Positions 1 to 13,132 of a stretch of 64,000 nt of DNA are shown one piece after another (position 1 is the stretch's first letter; each line of letters begins with the position of its first letter). The notes under the pieces are model-generated. The model ran no database searches, was not told the DNA's origin, and saw only the letters and a program-made list of their open reading frames with translations. The position numbers and the translations under genes were made by a program. The DNA is taken from positions 10,790,001-10,854,000 of the forward strand of contig NW_024704742.1 of NCBI RefSeq assembly GCF_018977255.1, written 5' to 3'. Origin of the DNA: Callorhinchus milii (taxonomy: Eukaryota).

Positions 1-449
1 ATTGATTTGGCACGAATGCTGTTGCTGAGTCTGAGCCTGCTATGCTGCACATAATCTGTTGCATATTGCTTTCTGTTCGATCATACACCAGTTCTGTCGA
101 GGCTACTATTGTAATGCGGTGTTCTGTGCAGTAATATATTTTGAAATATAAAGGTCCTCTTCCAACAAACATGACTTGAGCAGTCCATTTACCAGAAATG
201 CTACAATTAGTGATGCTAAATTAAACATAGCCTTGTTGAAAAGATCCATTTGGGTTGAAATTTTCCTTCCTGCTGTAGTTGCTTGTAACTTTTGATGTCT
301 CAGTGTTGCTTTGGTTTCAACTTTAAAATTATAAGTTTATGGACGGAACACAGGGCTTACCCATGCAACTTGGGATGTCTTCCTGACCTGAAAGGTGCTG
401 TACAAATGTAATTTGTTGTTGTGTGCCAGAGCGGTTATAATTGAACTTT

Positions 450-665
450 AGCTCAAGATCCCGTCTACCTGTTCAGGTGGACATTAAAGATCCAGTGCCA
501 TGATTCAAAAAGAGAAGGGAGTTTCTCTCTCTTAGTGTTCTTGGCTAACAATCCCCCAAATAAAACTGGGCACTCACTTCTTGGCTGTTTGTGGATATTG
601 CTTTGTGCAAACTAGCTGCTGCGTTTCGCCCACAAAATATACAGTCAAACACTTGACAGTATATC
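450..665 (+). mobile_element. Older Deu-domain SINE fragment (SacSINE1/AmnSINE1-like)
   Basis: CTGTTCAGGTGGACATTAAAGATCC body motif followed by the Deu-like GCTGTTTGTGGATATTGCT...GCTGCTGCGTTT; homologous to copies at 8.5, 9.6, 47, 55.4 and 59 kb. Confidence 0.7.
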
Positions 666-682
666 CAGTATCCACTTGAGAT

Positions 683-1129
683 AAAGCTCAGTGTAGCACT
701 CGGCTCGCAAGCGAGAGACCTGGGTTTGATTCCCGGCAGGGTGAAACGTTGGGCAAGTTTCCTTACTCACATGCCTGATAATAAACCCTCAAGAAAAAAA
801 AACTAAAAAAAAATTGGTCACTTCAATCCATGACTGTTTGTGGGACACTGCTGTGCACAATTGGCTGCCGGGTTTTGCCCACAAATATACAGTCAAATCA
901 CTTTACAGTATATTCTGTGAAGCGCTTTGGGACGTCTAGAAGACGTGAAAAGCGCTATATCAAATGCAAGGATTATTATTATTATATTCTGTGAAGCGCT
1001 TTGGGACGTCTAGAAGACGTGAAAAGCGCTATATCAAATGCAAGGATTATTATTATTATATTCTGTGAAGCGCTTTGGGACGTCTCGAAGATGTGAAAAG
1101 TGCTGTATCAAATGCAAGGATTATTATTA
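683..1129 (+). mobile_element. Young tRNA-derived Deu-SINE with triplicated 3' tail
   Basis: tRNA-like head (AGCTCAGTG...GGGTTTGATTCCC), Deu core TGTTTGTGGGACACTGCTGTGCACAATTGGCTGCC, and a 74-bp tail unit starting at 911, 985 and 1059. Confidence 0.9.
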
Positions 1130-1799
1130 CAAGGAGGAAAATTTATTACAAGGAGGCCCCTAGCAGAAGGCTTATTTCAGTTTCCAGTTGAAATTCACAG
1201 GAGAAGATAACCAAGTGCCAGATAACCGCCAACAGCAATACCCAGCCCACTGCTCTTTGATTTTTGAGCTGTATTTGTGATAGTTCTACTTTTAAAGAAT
1301 TGCATTTGAATTTCCATTGACCCACAAGAACCTCTTCTCCAGCTGTAGATCTTATCTGGGTAGAATTCCCATTGCATTCGGCTCATTGCACTTCTGATTG
1401 CTAGTAATAAATAATCGTTGCATTTGATGCAAAGCCTTTCACATTGAGAGGACATCTCAAAGTGTGGTGATTGTGTAAATTTTGTAGAAGAACATGGCAG
1501 CCAATTTGTACACAGCAATGTCCCACAAACAGCCATAAACTTAGTGAGACCCCGTGTAAGACTTGATTCCTTACTGAGGAATTCAATTAAAAAATATTAC
1601 AAATTCACCTCACTATGTTATGTCTTGCACTGCCTATTGTTTTTCAGTAACGTGCTGTATTTTTAATCAACTTATATTTCTCTCCGCATCTGAAGGTGCT
1701 GAAGTACTGTTCATAATATAGGCAGAATTTGTTTATAATCCATGCAAACAATCAACAATATTGGTTAAGCCTAGACAATGAGTGTTACAAATAACAAAT

Positions 1800-2125
1800 A
1801 ATATAATCTTTGCATTTGATGCAGCACCTTATCACATCTTTGAGATGTCTCAAAGCACTTCATAGAATATACTGTAAAGTCAATTGACTGTACACTTTGT
1901 GGTCGAAATGCGGCAGCCAATTGCATACAGCAGTGGATTGAGCCACCAAATTATTATTATTTATTTATTGGAAGATATTATTATCCCTGGAAAAGCGATC
2001 CGCCAATTGTCTAACTACTGGTTTCCTACTTACTGCTAGGTAATTACAGGCGGGAGCTGTAAGGAAATTTGAATGAAACACAGGTTGTGAGACGAATGCT
2101 CTAACCAATAAGCTGCAGGACTCCA
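1800..2125 (-). mobile_element. Young Deu-SINE, long variant, diverged
   Basis: Reverse complement of tail (TTGCATTTGAT...), Deu core, central insert, and head end GCAGGACTCCAC. Confidence 0.75.
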
Positions 2126-2269
2126 CAAACTATTCAACCATGCACGCACAGGCACATAGGTGCCAAAAGCACCCTGTTCCTCTATGTATCCCCAACGAGA
2201 CTGCACACAACAAACACTAGTGCATGATGCAACATATACCACATGCACTCCACATGCCTCACACACCAC

Positions 2270-2335
2270 ATCCTGGCTGAGATTAGTTAATTCAGATCAG
2301 ACCAGGGACTGGACACGGGACCTTCGCAGTGCTAT
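2270..2335 (-). mobile_element. AmnSINE2-like fragment
   Basis: Reverse complement GTCCCTGGTCTGATCTGAATTAACTAATCTCAGCCAGG resembles the head-body junction of the 42.1-42.4 kb element. Confidence 0.4.
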
Positions 2336-2344
2336 ACAGAATGG

Positions 2345-4139
2345 TGTGATGAGGTCATGGACTTCCTTACCTCTAAAATAGAAAACATCCGCCTGACAGC
2401 CTAATCCTCCTGCCCCGTGTCCCCTACCAACCCCTCAATTCCATCTCCTTCACCCCCCCACCCGCCTCAGCTGCTACCACAGCCCCCATCCTACATTCCT
2501 TTGCCCCCATCTCTCCTTCCTCCCTCTCATCCTCCATCACCCTGATGAAACCCACCACCTGCTGCCTCGACCCCCTCCCCATCCAACTGCTGATCACCCA
2601 TCTCCCCCTCCTACCCACTGCTGGCAGACACCATTAATCAGTCTCTCTCCTCTGGATCAGTCCCATTCACCCTCAAAACCGGTGCCATCACCCCCCTCAT
2701 TAGGAAACCTACCCTCAACCCCTCCAACATCGGTCACTGCTGCTGTATCTCAAACCTGCCTTTCCTGGCCAAAGCTTTGGAACAAGTTGTTGCCAACCAA
2801 ATTTGCACTCACCTCTCCCTCCACTCCCTACTCGAACACTTCCAGTCCGGTTTCCACCCTGCCCACAGTACAGAGACAGCACTCGTGAAAGTCCCAAAAA
2901 TGTCCTCTCTATCTGTAACCAGGGCTTCCTCTGCCTTCTCGTCCTCCTGGACCTCTCCGCCGTGTTCAACAAAGTCGATCATGACATCCTCCTCCACCAC
3001 CTGTTCTCCATCATCCAACTCAGTAGGACTGCACCCGCTTGGTTCCTAATTAAAAAACAGCAACACTACATTTCCATCAATGTTTTTTCTTCTTGGCCCC
3101 TGCCCGGTCATCTGCAGGTACCCCTAGGTTCCATCCTTGGCCCCCTTTTCCTCATCTATATGCTCCCTCTCGGAGATGTCATCCACAGACTTCCACATGT
3201 ATGTGGATAACACTCAAATCTACTAGTCCTCATCCAGCTGCGACCCCAGTCCTCTGAGGTTCTGTCTGCTTGCCTGTCACATAATCGGCCTGGATGAGCG
3301 CAAATTTCTTGCAGTTAAATGTCAACAAGACAGAAGCCATATTCTTTGGCTGCCATTGACGTCTTCTGTCCTGCGGTTCAGACATCCTCAACCTACCCGA
3401 TTTGTCTTTAAAACTCTCTGAACCCGTGCGCAATTTAGAGTTCAGGTTCGATCCCCAGTTAACCTTTCTCCTCCACATCCAGTCTCTGACCAGGACCACT
3501 TTCCTCCACCTCTGCCACATTGCCCATCTCCGACAATACCTCACTCCACAAGCTGCCGAAACCCTTGTCCGCATCTTCATCACCTCTTGGCTGCACTACT
3601 CAAACACCCTCCTCGCCGGTCTCCCCTCCTCCACTATTCACAAAATTTAACTCATCTAAACTCTGCCACCTGCATTCTCACCCACACTAAACTCCACACC
3701 TCGATTACCTCAGCTCTGGCCAAACTCCACTGGCTCCCTGTCACAAAGCAGATCGACTTCAAGATCCTCACTCTAGTGTTTAAATTCCTCCACAACTTGG
3801 CACCCCCCACATCTCTCTAACCTCCTCTCTCCTCACAGCACTGCCCCTCTGCCTCCGCTCTAATGGCTCCGGCCTCCTACTTGACCTTTGAATCCTCTGC
3901 TCCACCATCGGCGGTCGTGCCTTCAGCCACTACGCCCCGAAGCTATTGAACTCCCTCCATCAAACCCTTTGCCTTGCCTCCTCTTTCTTCATTTTCAGGT
4001 TGCGCCTGAAAATCTTCCTCTTCGCCTGTGCCTATGTTCACCTTCCCCTTCCCTCGGTTCAGCATCAGGCTCCCCCATTGTTAAGCGCTCTGGGATGCCA
4101 TGGGGGTGGAGGGCGCAATAAAAATGCAAGTTGTTGTTG
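2345..4139 (+). mobile_element. 5'-truncated L2-clade LINE with decayed ORF2 RT and 3' UTR
   Basis: Frameshifted ORF2 peptides [44 protein letters not shown] and KLHWLPVTKQIDFKIL; ends AAATGCAAG(TTG)n. Confidence 0.92.
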
Positions 4140-5242
4140 ATGATGGTTTGTTAATTGTTTTCGCTTTTCACCCTTCCTTTACCGAAGTTGCTAACTCACT
4201 TTGGGACATAAAGAGCTTGATGGCTGAAGATATATGTAGATGTATGGAATACAATGTGCTTTTGGGACAATAGAGCAGCAATCTGTGCATTACAAATCTT
4301 CAGAGTTCCAGGGGTGGATTGATACCTGCACTTTTCTCAAACACTTTCAGGGAGGTTGGAGAGAAACGATTTAGAGGATTATATGATTAATACAGATCAG
4401 AAGTGTGAATTTTATTGTGCTCAGATGCATCCCCTAGGGGCTGTTTGAGATAGCTACTAGCTGTTTTGTAGGGCCAGGTTGTTCCTTGACCCTGTTGACT
4501 GCAGACGCTAATTTACTATGAATTAGAGGAAGAGGGAAAATAATTAATCTATTTTCTCCTTCAAAGAAAGAAGGTAACATTAGACAGATTCTTGTTAAAA
4601 CATTTCATGAAAATTCCCCTTCCTTGAAATATGAGAAGTAACACTTGATGTCTGTTAATGAACAACATAGGATTCAGTTGACGAACAAATTAACATCTAA
4701 AACTTTCAACTGAGTTATTGTCTAATGTCAGAATATATTATACTGACGGTATCCTTCCTGCATTTGGGGAGCAAGACATAGAAGTAGTGGGAGGGAGTTC
4801 CAGAGGTTAGGATCATAGGAACTGAGCCTTCGCCTCCTTATCTCTCCAACCTCCTCCGCCAGCCTCCTTTGCTCAGCTAACTCTATGTTTCAGGTGCCTA
4901 TGGCCACTTCCATCTCCCTCTCTCCCTTGCTCGCCCTGTAAAATGCTCTGTTATCCTATATAACAGGTGCTGTATAAATGCTATTATTGACAATCAAATC
5001 AGATGATTTTAAAAGAATGAGAACCTTGAAATCGATCAGGTGGTGAGGACTGGGGTGATGGGCAGGCAGTTTGGTGCAGGTGTGATCCCGAAATGGGACT
5101 TGACCTGCAACCTTCTGATTCAGAGAGGAGTTTTTTTGACTGAGCCAGACTGACCCCTTCCCAAGTTACCATATTTGAATGAAACAGAAGAGACAAAACT
5201 ATAAAATCTTTTATATATATATATGTACTTGCATTTTATATA

Positions 5243-7010
5243 CAACAACAACAGCAACAACAGCAACAAGATTCCATTTATAGAGCACCTTTCATGTCGG
5301 GAGGACGTCCCAAGGCGCTGTACAGTTGGGTCAGGACCCGAGTAGGGGGGAAATGGTCAGGGTGAGGGGAGGGAAGGGACGGAGTGAGGAGGGGGTAGAG
5401 AGTCGAGAGGGGAGCTGAAAGCACGGTCAAAGAGAAAGGTCTTGAGACCGGCCTTGAAGGAGGAAAGGGAGGAGGCCGCGAAGGCACTGGGGGATAGAGT
5501 TCCAGAGCCTCGGGGCTGAGAGGCTGAAGGCCCGGCCACCGATGGTAGGGCGGTTGGGGCGGGGGATGTGGAGCAGACCGGAGCCAGAGGAACGGAGGGT
5601 ACGGGCAGGTAAGTAGGGGGATAGTAGGTCGGAGAGGTAGGAGGGAGCAAGGCCGTGAATGGCCTTGTAGGTGAGGATGAGGATCTTGAATTTGATCCTC
5701 TGGGGGATGGGGAGCCAGTGGAGGCGAGCGAGGGTGGGAGTGATGTGGTCCGAAGCCTGGTGCGGGACAGTACACGAGCTGCAGAGTTCTGAATGACCTG
5801 CAGCTTGTGGAGGGAGGTGGCGGGAAGGCCGGCGAGGAGAGAGTTCCCATAGTCCAGCATTGAGGTGATAAAGGCGTGGACCAGAGTTTCAGCAGCGTGA
5901 GGGGTGAGGTAGTGCCGTAGTCTGGCGATGTTTCGGAGGTGATGAAAGGCGGTGCCAGTTGTGGCGCGGATATGAGGGAGAAAGGACAGCTCAGGGTCGA
6001 GCAGAACACCGAGGTTCCTGACTGCTTTGAGAGTTGGAGAGTGCAGCCTATCCCTAACCCTGAGGTGCAGAGGCGCTGACGTGAGCCTCAGTTTTGCGCA
6101 CGTTGAGCTGAAGAAAGTTGTCTCTCGTCCAGGACTCGATGTCGGACAGGCAGCTGTCAGGACATCGGTGGTCGTGGAGTTGAGGGTAGAGGAGGAAAGG
6201 TAGAGTTGGGTGTCATCCGCAAACATGTGGAAGTTAACCCCATGTCTGCGGATGATGTCACCAAGGGGGAGCATGTAGAGGGTGAAGAGGAGGGGACCGA
6301 GAACAGAGCCCTGAGGGACACCGCACGAGACAGTGCGGGGGCTGGAGGAAAAGCCGTTTGTGGAAACAAAATGAAGATGGTGGGAGAGGTACGACCTAAA
6401 CCACTCAAGGACAGGGCCTTGAAGGTTGAGGTGGGAGGACAAGCGGTGGAGGAGGATAGGATGGTCGACCGTATCGAATGCTGCCGATAGGTCGAGGAGG
6501 ACGAGGAGGCAGAGGGAGACCTGGTCGCAGATGGTCAGGATGTCATTGGTGACCTTGACCAGGGCAGTTTCTGTGCTATGGGCAGCACGGAAACCCGACT
6601 GAAGGGGTTCAAATAATGAATGGGTGGAGAGGAAAGAGCGCAGCTGGGAGGCGACAACTCTTTCAAGGACCTTGGACAGGAAGGGGAGGTTGGAGATGGG
6701 CCGGTAGCTTGATAGCTGCGACCCATCAAGGGAGGGTTATTTTCAAAGTGGGAGTGATGGTGGCAGTTTTTAGGGAATGGGAACAGAGCCAGAGGGGATG
6801 GGGTCAAGGGAGCAGGTGGTGGGTTTCAGGGATAGGATGAGTTTGGTGACAGAGGGTGGGGAAACGGGTACGAAGGTGTGTAGGGGAGGATGGGTAGGAG
6901 TCAGAGTGTGGGAGGGAGGGGGTGGGGGGTGGGTGGAGGTTGGAGGGGAAGTGACTGCGGAGCGGATTCCCTTGATTTTGGATTCAAGGAAATCCAGCAT
7001 CTCCTCACAG
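5243..7010 (-). mobile_element. 5'-truncated young L2-clade LINE (ORF2 RT region, frameshifted)
   Basis: ORF 5357..6442 has [13 protein letters not shown] and [13 protein letters not shown] motifs; CpGs well preserved; (TTG)n-like tail from 5243. Confidence 0.95.
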
Positions 7011-7023
7011 TGAAGGTCTCGCG

Positions 7024-7195
7024 CCTCATCACGTATTCGAGAAGTCTCAAAGAGCTTCACAGAATATACTGCAAGTGAATTCACTATATATTTTGTGGGA
7101 GAAGAGCGGCAGCCAGTCGCGCACAGCAGTGTCCCACAAACAGACGTGGATTGGGTTCCCAAATTATTATTATTTTTTTGGAAGGAATTTTTTGA
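7024..7195 (-). mobile_element. Young Deu-SINE 3' half
   Basis: CTTCACAGAATATACTG...GCACAGCAGTGTCCCACAAACAG, reverse complement of the family consensus. Confidence 0.8.
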
Positions 7196-7622
7196 AGCAA
7201 TTGTATCTAATACAGGAGGCATTAGTTTATCAGTGCAATTTATCACATTAGATGTGCAGGAGGCAGATCTCCAACACTTTTCTGAATAGTGTGTCCTGTA
7301 GAAACCGAGTTTGCAGGATTGGATAGCCCAATTTACAGATCACCATCTTCAACTGCCCGTAAGGTGAATTACTGTATGTTTCATTGTTTAATAAACAGCT
7401 GGTATCCAACGAGCAGGCAGTTAATAGGCCACGTTTCTCAAGGCGGTAGGTAATTGCCACAGGCCTGACTTCAAGAACATGGTCACTGATAACTAGACTA
7501 AGCAGTCTCCTCCAGAATCACACCTGGATTTAGAATTCGATGATTGCACATTTCTTATTACGAAATAGCACAGATTGCTCCGATGTGTACTTTGTGTTAA
7601 CCTGGCCCAGTTCGTAGCATTC

Positions 7623-8493
7623 CTCAGACATCAAGTCCTGGATGACAGCCAACTTCCTGCATTTGAATGTCAACAAGACCGAGGCCCTCCTGCTTGGCTA
7701 CCGTCAACGCCTCCATACTTTGGGCACTGACAGCATCTCCCTCCATGGATGCTCTCTGCATCTCACGGAGTCAATATGGATCCTCAGCATATTGTTCGAC
7801 CATCAGCTGTTCTTCTTACCCCACATCTGTGCTATGACCCGCTCCGCCTTTCCTCACCTCTGCAACATCACCCAGCTCTGCCACTGTCTCACACCGTAGG
7901 CCGCCGACATTCTCATACATGCATTCATAATATCCAGGCTTGGCTACACAAACTCCCTGCTATCGACCTCCCTAACTCCTCTCTCCATAGGCTGCAGATC
8001 ATCCAGAACTCCGCAGCCCGCGTCCTCTCCCACACCAGACTCCTTGACCCTATCACCCCCATCCTCGCCCAACTCCACTGGCTTCCCATCAAACAGAGGT
8101 TACAGTCCAAGATCCTGGGCCTCACCTTCAGAGCCCTCCATGACCTTGCTCTGCGATCTTCTAATCGCCTACCATCCTGCCTGCTCCCTCCACTCAGTGG
8201 TCTCCGGTCTGCTTTACATCGCCTGCCTCACCTACCCCACCATTGGTAGATGGGCCTTCAGCCACTCTGCCCCCACCCTATGGAACTCTATCCCGCAGTC
8301 CCTCCGCCTCCCCCCTCCCTTGCCTCCTCCAATGCCCTCCTCTTCAACTGTAGCTTTGGTCACCCTCCTTCCCCCCCCGTCCACCACCCTCCCCAATCCT
8401 GACCCCCAGCTCTGACCCGAAACACTGTCCAGTGTTTTGGGACATCCTCCTGATGTGAAAGGCGCTATACAAATGTAATTGTGTTGTTGTTGT
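7623..8493 (+). mobile_element. L2-clade LINE 3' fragment
   Basis: MTANFLHLNVNKTEALL and [12 protein letters not shown]...LHWLPIKQR; (TTG)n tail. Confidence 0.9.
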
Positions 8494-8902
8494 TCTTACC
8501 TCTGCCAAAAAATTGTTGGTTCAAGCCCCATGGCAGGATTTTGAACTTGCATAGTCCAGGCTGACACATTAGTGCAAGTTCATGGGGATGTGTGATATTG
8601 TATAGTTGGAGGTGCCGTCCTTCAGTTGAGATGTTAGACTGTGGTCACGTTTGCTTGTCCAGGTGGATGTTAAAAATCCCACGGCACTATTTAAAAAATT
8701 AAGGGAATTTTCCCTTGTGTTCCTGGCCAACAATCCGCCAAATAAAATTGGCCACTCATGACTGTTCGTGGGATATTGCTGTCCACTAATGGACTGCCGT
8801 GTTCAATTAAAAGTATGCGGTAACTGCACTTTACACTATACCCGGTGAGAAATGTCCCCCTGATGTGAAAGTTGTTGTACCGAATACAAGGATTATTATT
8901 AT
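8494..8902 (+). mobile_element. Older Deu-SINE (SacSINE1-like), near full length
   Basis: B-box-like GGTTCAAGCCCC, body GGAGGTGCCGTCCTTCAG, Deu core and AAGGATTATT tail. Confidence 0.75.
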
Positions 8903-9617
8903 TTTATGAGCAACTGAAGTATCCCTTTAGAAAAGTAAACGTCAGATAAAAGAGCTAGTTTTCCTGAATCACACTCTTTGTCATTGATAAATTGTGTGCA
9001 GCTTATCCATAGACAGTCATTTCAGTTTTCAATTTGCTTCAATTGAGTTCACACTTCTTTGGGATTAATTGAAATTATGCTTTGTTTGATAAGAAACTGG
9101 ACACTAGAGCTTTTATACTAAGATATAATTTGAGCCCTCGTGCTAGTTATGAGGTTAATGAATCTGGACAGACTACAGGCTATTCCACTTAAGAATAAGA
9201 TTAGACAGCAGCAAGTTGCATTTGACAGCGAGTCTGAATCATGCATGGAGTCATGCTATTTGTTGTCTGTGACAGTGGGTTGCAGAATAATTTGATTATT
9301 CCACTCATTGCACTTTATTCCGTGTATTATCCAACCGTGGGTAATTAAATATTGGCCCTCCGGACTTGATTCCAGCTTTATTTGGGCAAGGCTGGATACT
9401 GAAATCCAGGAAGAGAGAATAGAGTTTGTTTTCTGCATGATTCCCCTTTGCAAGCATGACTCAAACAGATCATCAGGATCCTAAAACTGAGAAAGTGAAC
9501 AAGAAGATCTCTCTAGTCTAGGGAATATATGCATCCTATGTGATTTATCCCTGTATTCCTGGGGTCTTTTGCATCTACTGGAGGTTTGACATCTGCTCTT
9601 AATTACAATTAATTGGT

Positions 9618-10010
9618 GTCAGCTTAGATTCGTTAGTAGCACACTCCCCTCTAAGTCAGAAGGTTGTGAGTTCAAGCCCATGTTAGGATTTGGAGCTCAT
9701 AGTGCAGGCTCTGCCATCCTTCAGATGAGATGTTGAATTGAGGTTCCATCTGTCTGTTCAGGTTGACATCAAAGATTTCATAGCACTATCCAAAAAGAGA
9801 ATGGTATTTCTCCCAGTGTGGTAACCAAGACGCAAATAAAACTGGGCATTCACTTGATTGCTGTTAGTGGGATGTTGCTGTGTAGAAATTGATCATGGCT
9901 GTTTGTGCGAATTTATGTGCAAATTTGTTTCCATGTTTGACTACAAATAAAGTCACAACATTTTACAGTGCTGCTGATGTGAAAGGCACTAAATCAAATA
10001 TATATATTAT
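9618..10010 (+). mobile_element. Older Deu-SINE (SacSINE1-like)
   Basis: Head GTCAGAAGGTTGTGAGTTCAAGCCC, body CTGTTCAGGTTGACATCAAAGAT, and tail. Confidence 0.7.
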
Positions 10011-11024
10011 TATATTATTTATTCAGGCAACACAGCAAAGCCTCCATATCAAACAGTGTTGAAGCTTGACTGAGGAGGCTATCTCTCAGTCTTCCTGTCA
10101 GTCATGCTCAGCACATCTACACTGAATAACTTGCCGTACAAAAGCATAAACAAGAAGATAAGATCTTGGTGACTTGTCGACATTGGGAAAAGGTATAAGC
10201 TCACAAGAGAAGTTTCCTGAAGAGCAGTACTGTGCAATCGCTTAAAAACAGTTCATTAATTCCAGTACTTGCCACATTAATAAAACCAAACATTGTTGAA
10301 GTGATTTGCTTGTTTTCATTACCCAACTCAGGCTTCTCTTTGAATGTTAATAATGCAACATCCAAGAGTAACTAGGAACATTACTCTTAAAATGGACAAT
10401 AGCTTTGTTAGTGGATCTTATGTGAATATTAAATAAAGCAAAAGTGCAATGAGTCCATCAATATATTTCATTGTAGCATTCTCAATTTAATTCAGGCCAG
10501 GCTATAGAGTCAAGGGGGGAGGGGAAAGAACATAACAGATCCATTCAATTAATTCGTAATCCCCTTCAGACTGCAAAAGCATCTCTGAATATAATTGAAA
10601 CATTATCAAGGATAAGACTCTATCCTTGCTGAACACAGATTTTTCCCCTCATAATATGTTCTTTGGAAGCTTTTCTGAATGTGTGTAATAGACGATGTAT
10701 TTTTTATAGAGGTTCCTCAATGTAAAAGGTACAATATCATGGTACGATCCTCTGTGTCGTGGTACATAAGGGCCTTACACAAGGAGTAGAAATATGAGCC
10801 GTTTACAACACAGAAGGAGGGCAATCAGCCCATTGTATCTGTGCATGTCTCAGCCTCCACACTGGAGCTGTCTACTCTCATCCCGTTTCTCTCTGCTCTT
10901 TACCTATTCGCTTTAATCCTTTTTAAATACTACTACCGATTCATAGTGGTTTTAAATTGATAGGAAGTACAGTTAACATTATTTTAAAAATGTACAAATA
11001 GAGAAGACAATACAATATAATTTA

Positions 11025-11225
11025 CATTTATATACTACCTTTCAGGTCAGGAGGACATCCCAGAAGAGGGCATTTAGAGTGCTGGATGGGGACCTGAACT
11101 TGGGGTGGGGTGCCAAGGAGTGTGGGGCCATGGGGAGAGGTGCAGTGGCTGAGGTAACAGGATGACAAGGGCACTGGCCAGGGATAGGGGTTGGGCCCTG
11201 GGAAATGCATGGGGTCGAATGGGGC
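11025..11225 (-). mobile_element. L2 3' UTR fragment
   Basis: TTTCAGGTCAGGAGGACATCCCAG matches the reverse complement of the L2 terminal stem-loop. Confidence 0.6.
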
Positions 11226-11483
11226 TTGCAAGGAGGCAGCACCACCAGGGAAAACGCCCACTAATGACCCAGCATCCTCTCCCAGTTACATAACCCAGCT
11301 CTGCCACTGCAGGATTTGTCCTACATTGTCTACAACTGGGTCAATAACTGGAAAGCAAGCAAACCTTGCAGTTAGCAATGCTGCCCATATCAGTGATCAA
11401 ATTTCTGCTGACTCTTACAAGATTACAAATGTAATCTTGTTTTTGTTGACTGGTAGCTAGGTATTTGCAGGACTGTGTGACTC

Positions 11484-12220
11484 ACAGAATCATACAGCAC
11501 AGAAGGAGGCTATTCGGCCCATCCTGTCTGTGCCGGCTCTTTGAAAAGAACTATCCAATTCAATCCCACTCTCTCTCCATAGCCCTGCAAACTTGTCCTT
11601 CCCAAATAATTATCTATTTCTCTCTTAAAAGTTATTATTGAATTGGCTTCCACCACCCTTTCAGGCAATGCATTCCAGATCCGAACAATTTACTGTGTGA
11701 AACAATTTGTCCTCACCTCCCCTCTGTTTCTTTTAACAATTATTTTAAATCAGTGCCCTCGGGTTACCGACCCACCCGCCAGTGGAAATAATTTCTCCTT
11801 GTTCATCCTATCAAATCCCCTCATAATTTTGAAAACTTCTATTAAGTCTCCTCTTAACCTTCTCTGGTCCAGGGAGAATAATCCTAGCTTCTTTAGCCTC
11901 TCCTGATAGCTGAAGTCCCTCATTCCTGGTACCATCCTGGTAAATCTCCTTTGCACCCTCTCCAATGCCTTGACATCCTTCCTAAAGTGTGGGGCCCAGA
12001 ACTGAACACAGTCTCTCGCTGAGGCCTAACCAGTGTTTTTTAAGGTTCATCATAACTTCCTGCCTTTTGGATTATATGACCCTATTTATAAAGCTTAGTA
12101 TCCTGTATGTTTTTTAACAGCTTTATCTACCTGTCCTGCCACCTTCAAAGATTTACTTATATTAACCCCCAGGTCTCCCTGATCCTTCAACTCCTTTAAG
12201 ATTTTACCATCAGCTTATAT
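11484..12220 (-). mobile_element. CR1-clade LINE 3' fragment
   Basis: ORF 11750..11965 ERVQRRFTRMVPG...LFSLDQRRLRGDLIEVFKI...TRGH is the CR1 ORF2 C-terminus; CR1-type tail near 11484. Confidence 0.92.
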
Positions 12221-12311
12221 TCCCTATTAAAACTGCATAAAATTGTTGATAAACATTATTTTGTTGCGTGAAACTAACTGGTTCAGTCCTCTATAACTTG
12301 AATCCTTTGAG

Positions 12312-12565
12312 AACAACAAATTACATTTGTATAGCTCCTTTCAAGTCATTAGAATATTCCAAGGCGCTGGACCATCAGGGATCCGCACCCAAGCTGGTGG
12401 TCAGTATCAGGAGGGTGGAGGGCGGGGAGGGTAGGAGGGTGACCGAAGGTATGGTCGAAGAGGAGGGTCTTAAGACGCGTCTCAAAGGAGGCAAGGGAGG
12501 GAGCGAGGCAGCGAGGTGGAAGAACTGTGAGATGGAATTCCAAAGCGTGGGGGCTGAAGGCTGAA
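12312..12565 (-). mobile_element. L2 3' end fragment
   Basis: LAPSLASFETRLKTLLF peptide plus 3' UTR and tail. Confidence 0.75.
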
Positions 12566-12705
12566 GAGAAGAGACTAATGTGAGGTTTAATAATCCACTA
12601 TTTAGTCTCAGTGGGGTCTAGTATACAGTCGAAATTTAGAAATTGTTTAAGTAATTCATATGAGTTAGCAGGATTTGCTTAGATGGATGTCAACATCTCA
12701 TTATC

Positions 12706-13075
12706 CTCTTAACCCTGAAAGGCAAGCTCCAATGGGTAGGGTGGTCCTAGTTGGACAAGCAGCCAGAAACTTGCTTGACATTGATATCAGTGGCAAGCTA
12801 TGTGGTTTTAGCTGGTTAGACTTCAGCAGTTACCCCCAACACACACTTTGGGGTCCCCAAGCCTTGGCTCTTGCCAACCTGTGCCTAATACTTTCTGGAA
12901 TTAGGTAAGCAGGATGCATCCCTCCAGGGAGAGAGGGTGCATCCCGTTACAACAATCTATCCCTGGGATTTCCATGTGTAGGTGGGATGCGTGGACATCT
13001 CAGCTTGGTTTGGAAACTCTTAAGCATGGTGATGGGTTTCTGCATGTGTCAGACACCCAGCTGACCCAAAAAAAG
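12706..13075 (+). repeat. Unclassified interspersed repeat, copy A
   Basis: Shares CCTTGGCTCTTGCCAACCTG..CCTAAT and GATGGGTTTCTGCATGTGTCAGACACCC.GCTGA..AAAAA with the 18.2 and 52.5 kb copies. Confidence 0.85.
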
Positions 13076-13132
13076 TTATCCTCTTGGAGCTGAGCTGGCT
13101 CCAAGGTGACATGCTTGGTAATGAAATGTTAG

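Noticed and set aside
1195..1536. 113-aa minus ORF ending in hydrophobic GLGIAVGGYLALGYLLL
   Set aside because: It starts inside a SINE remnant; no recognisable domain and no convincing splice acceptor
5357..6442. 361-aa RT-like ORF as an active gene
   Set aside because: Frameshifted, 5'-truncated L2 ORF2 with no endonuclease region; the C-terminal part is out of frame
6770..7246. 158-aa chimeric ORF
   Set aside because: Chance read-through of flank, SINE and L2 sequence
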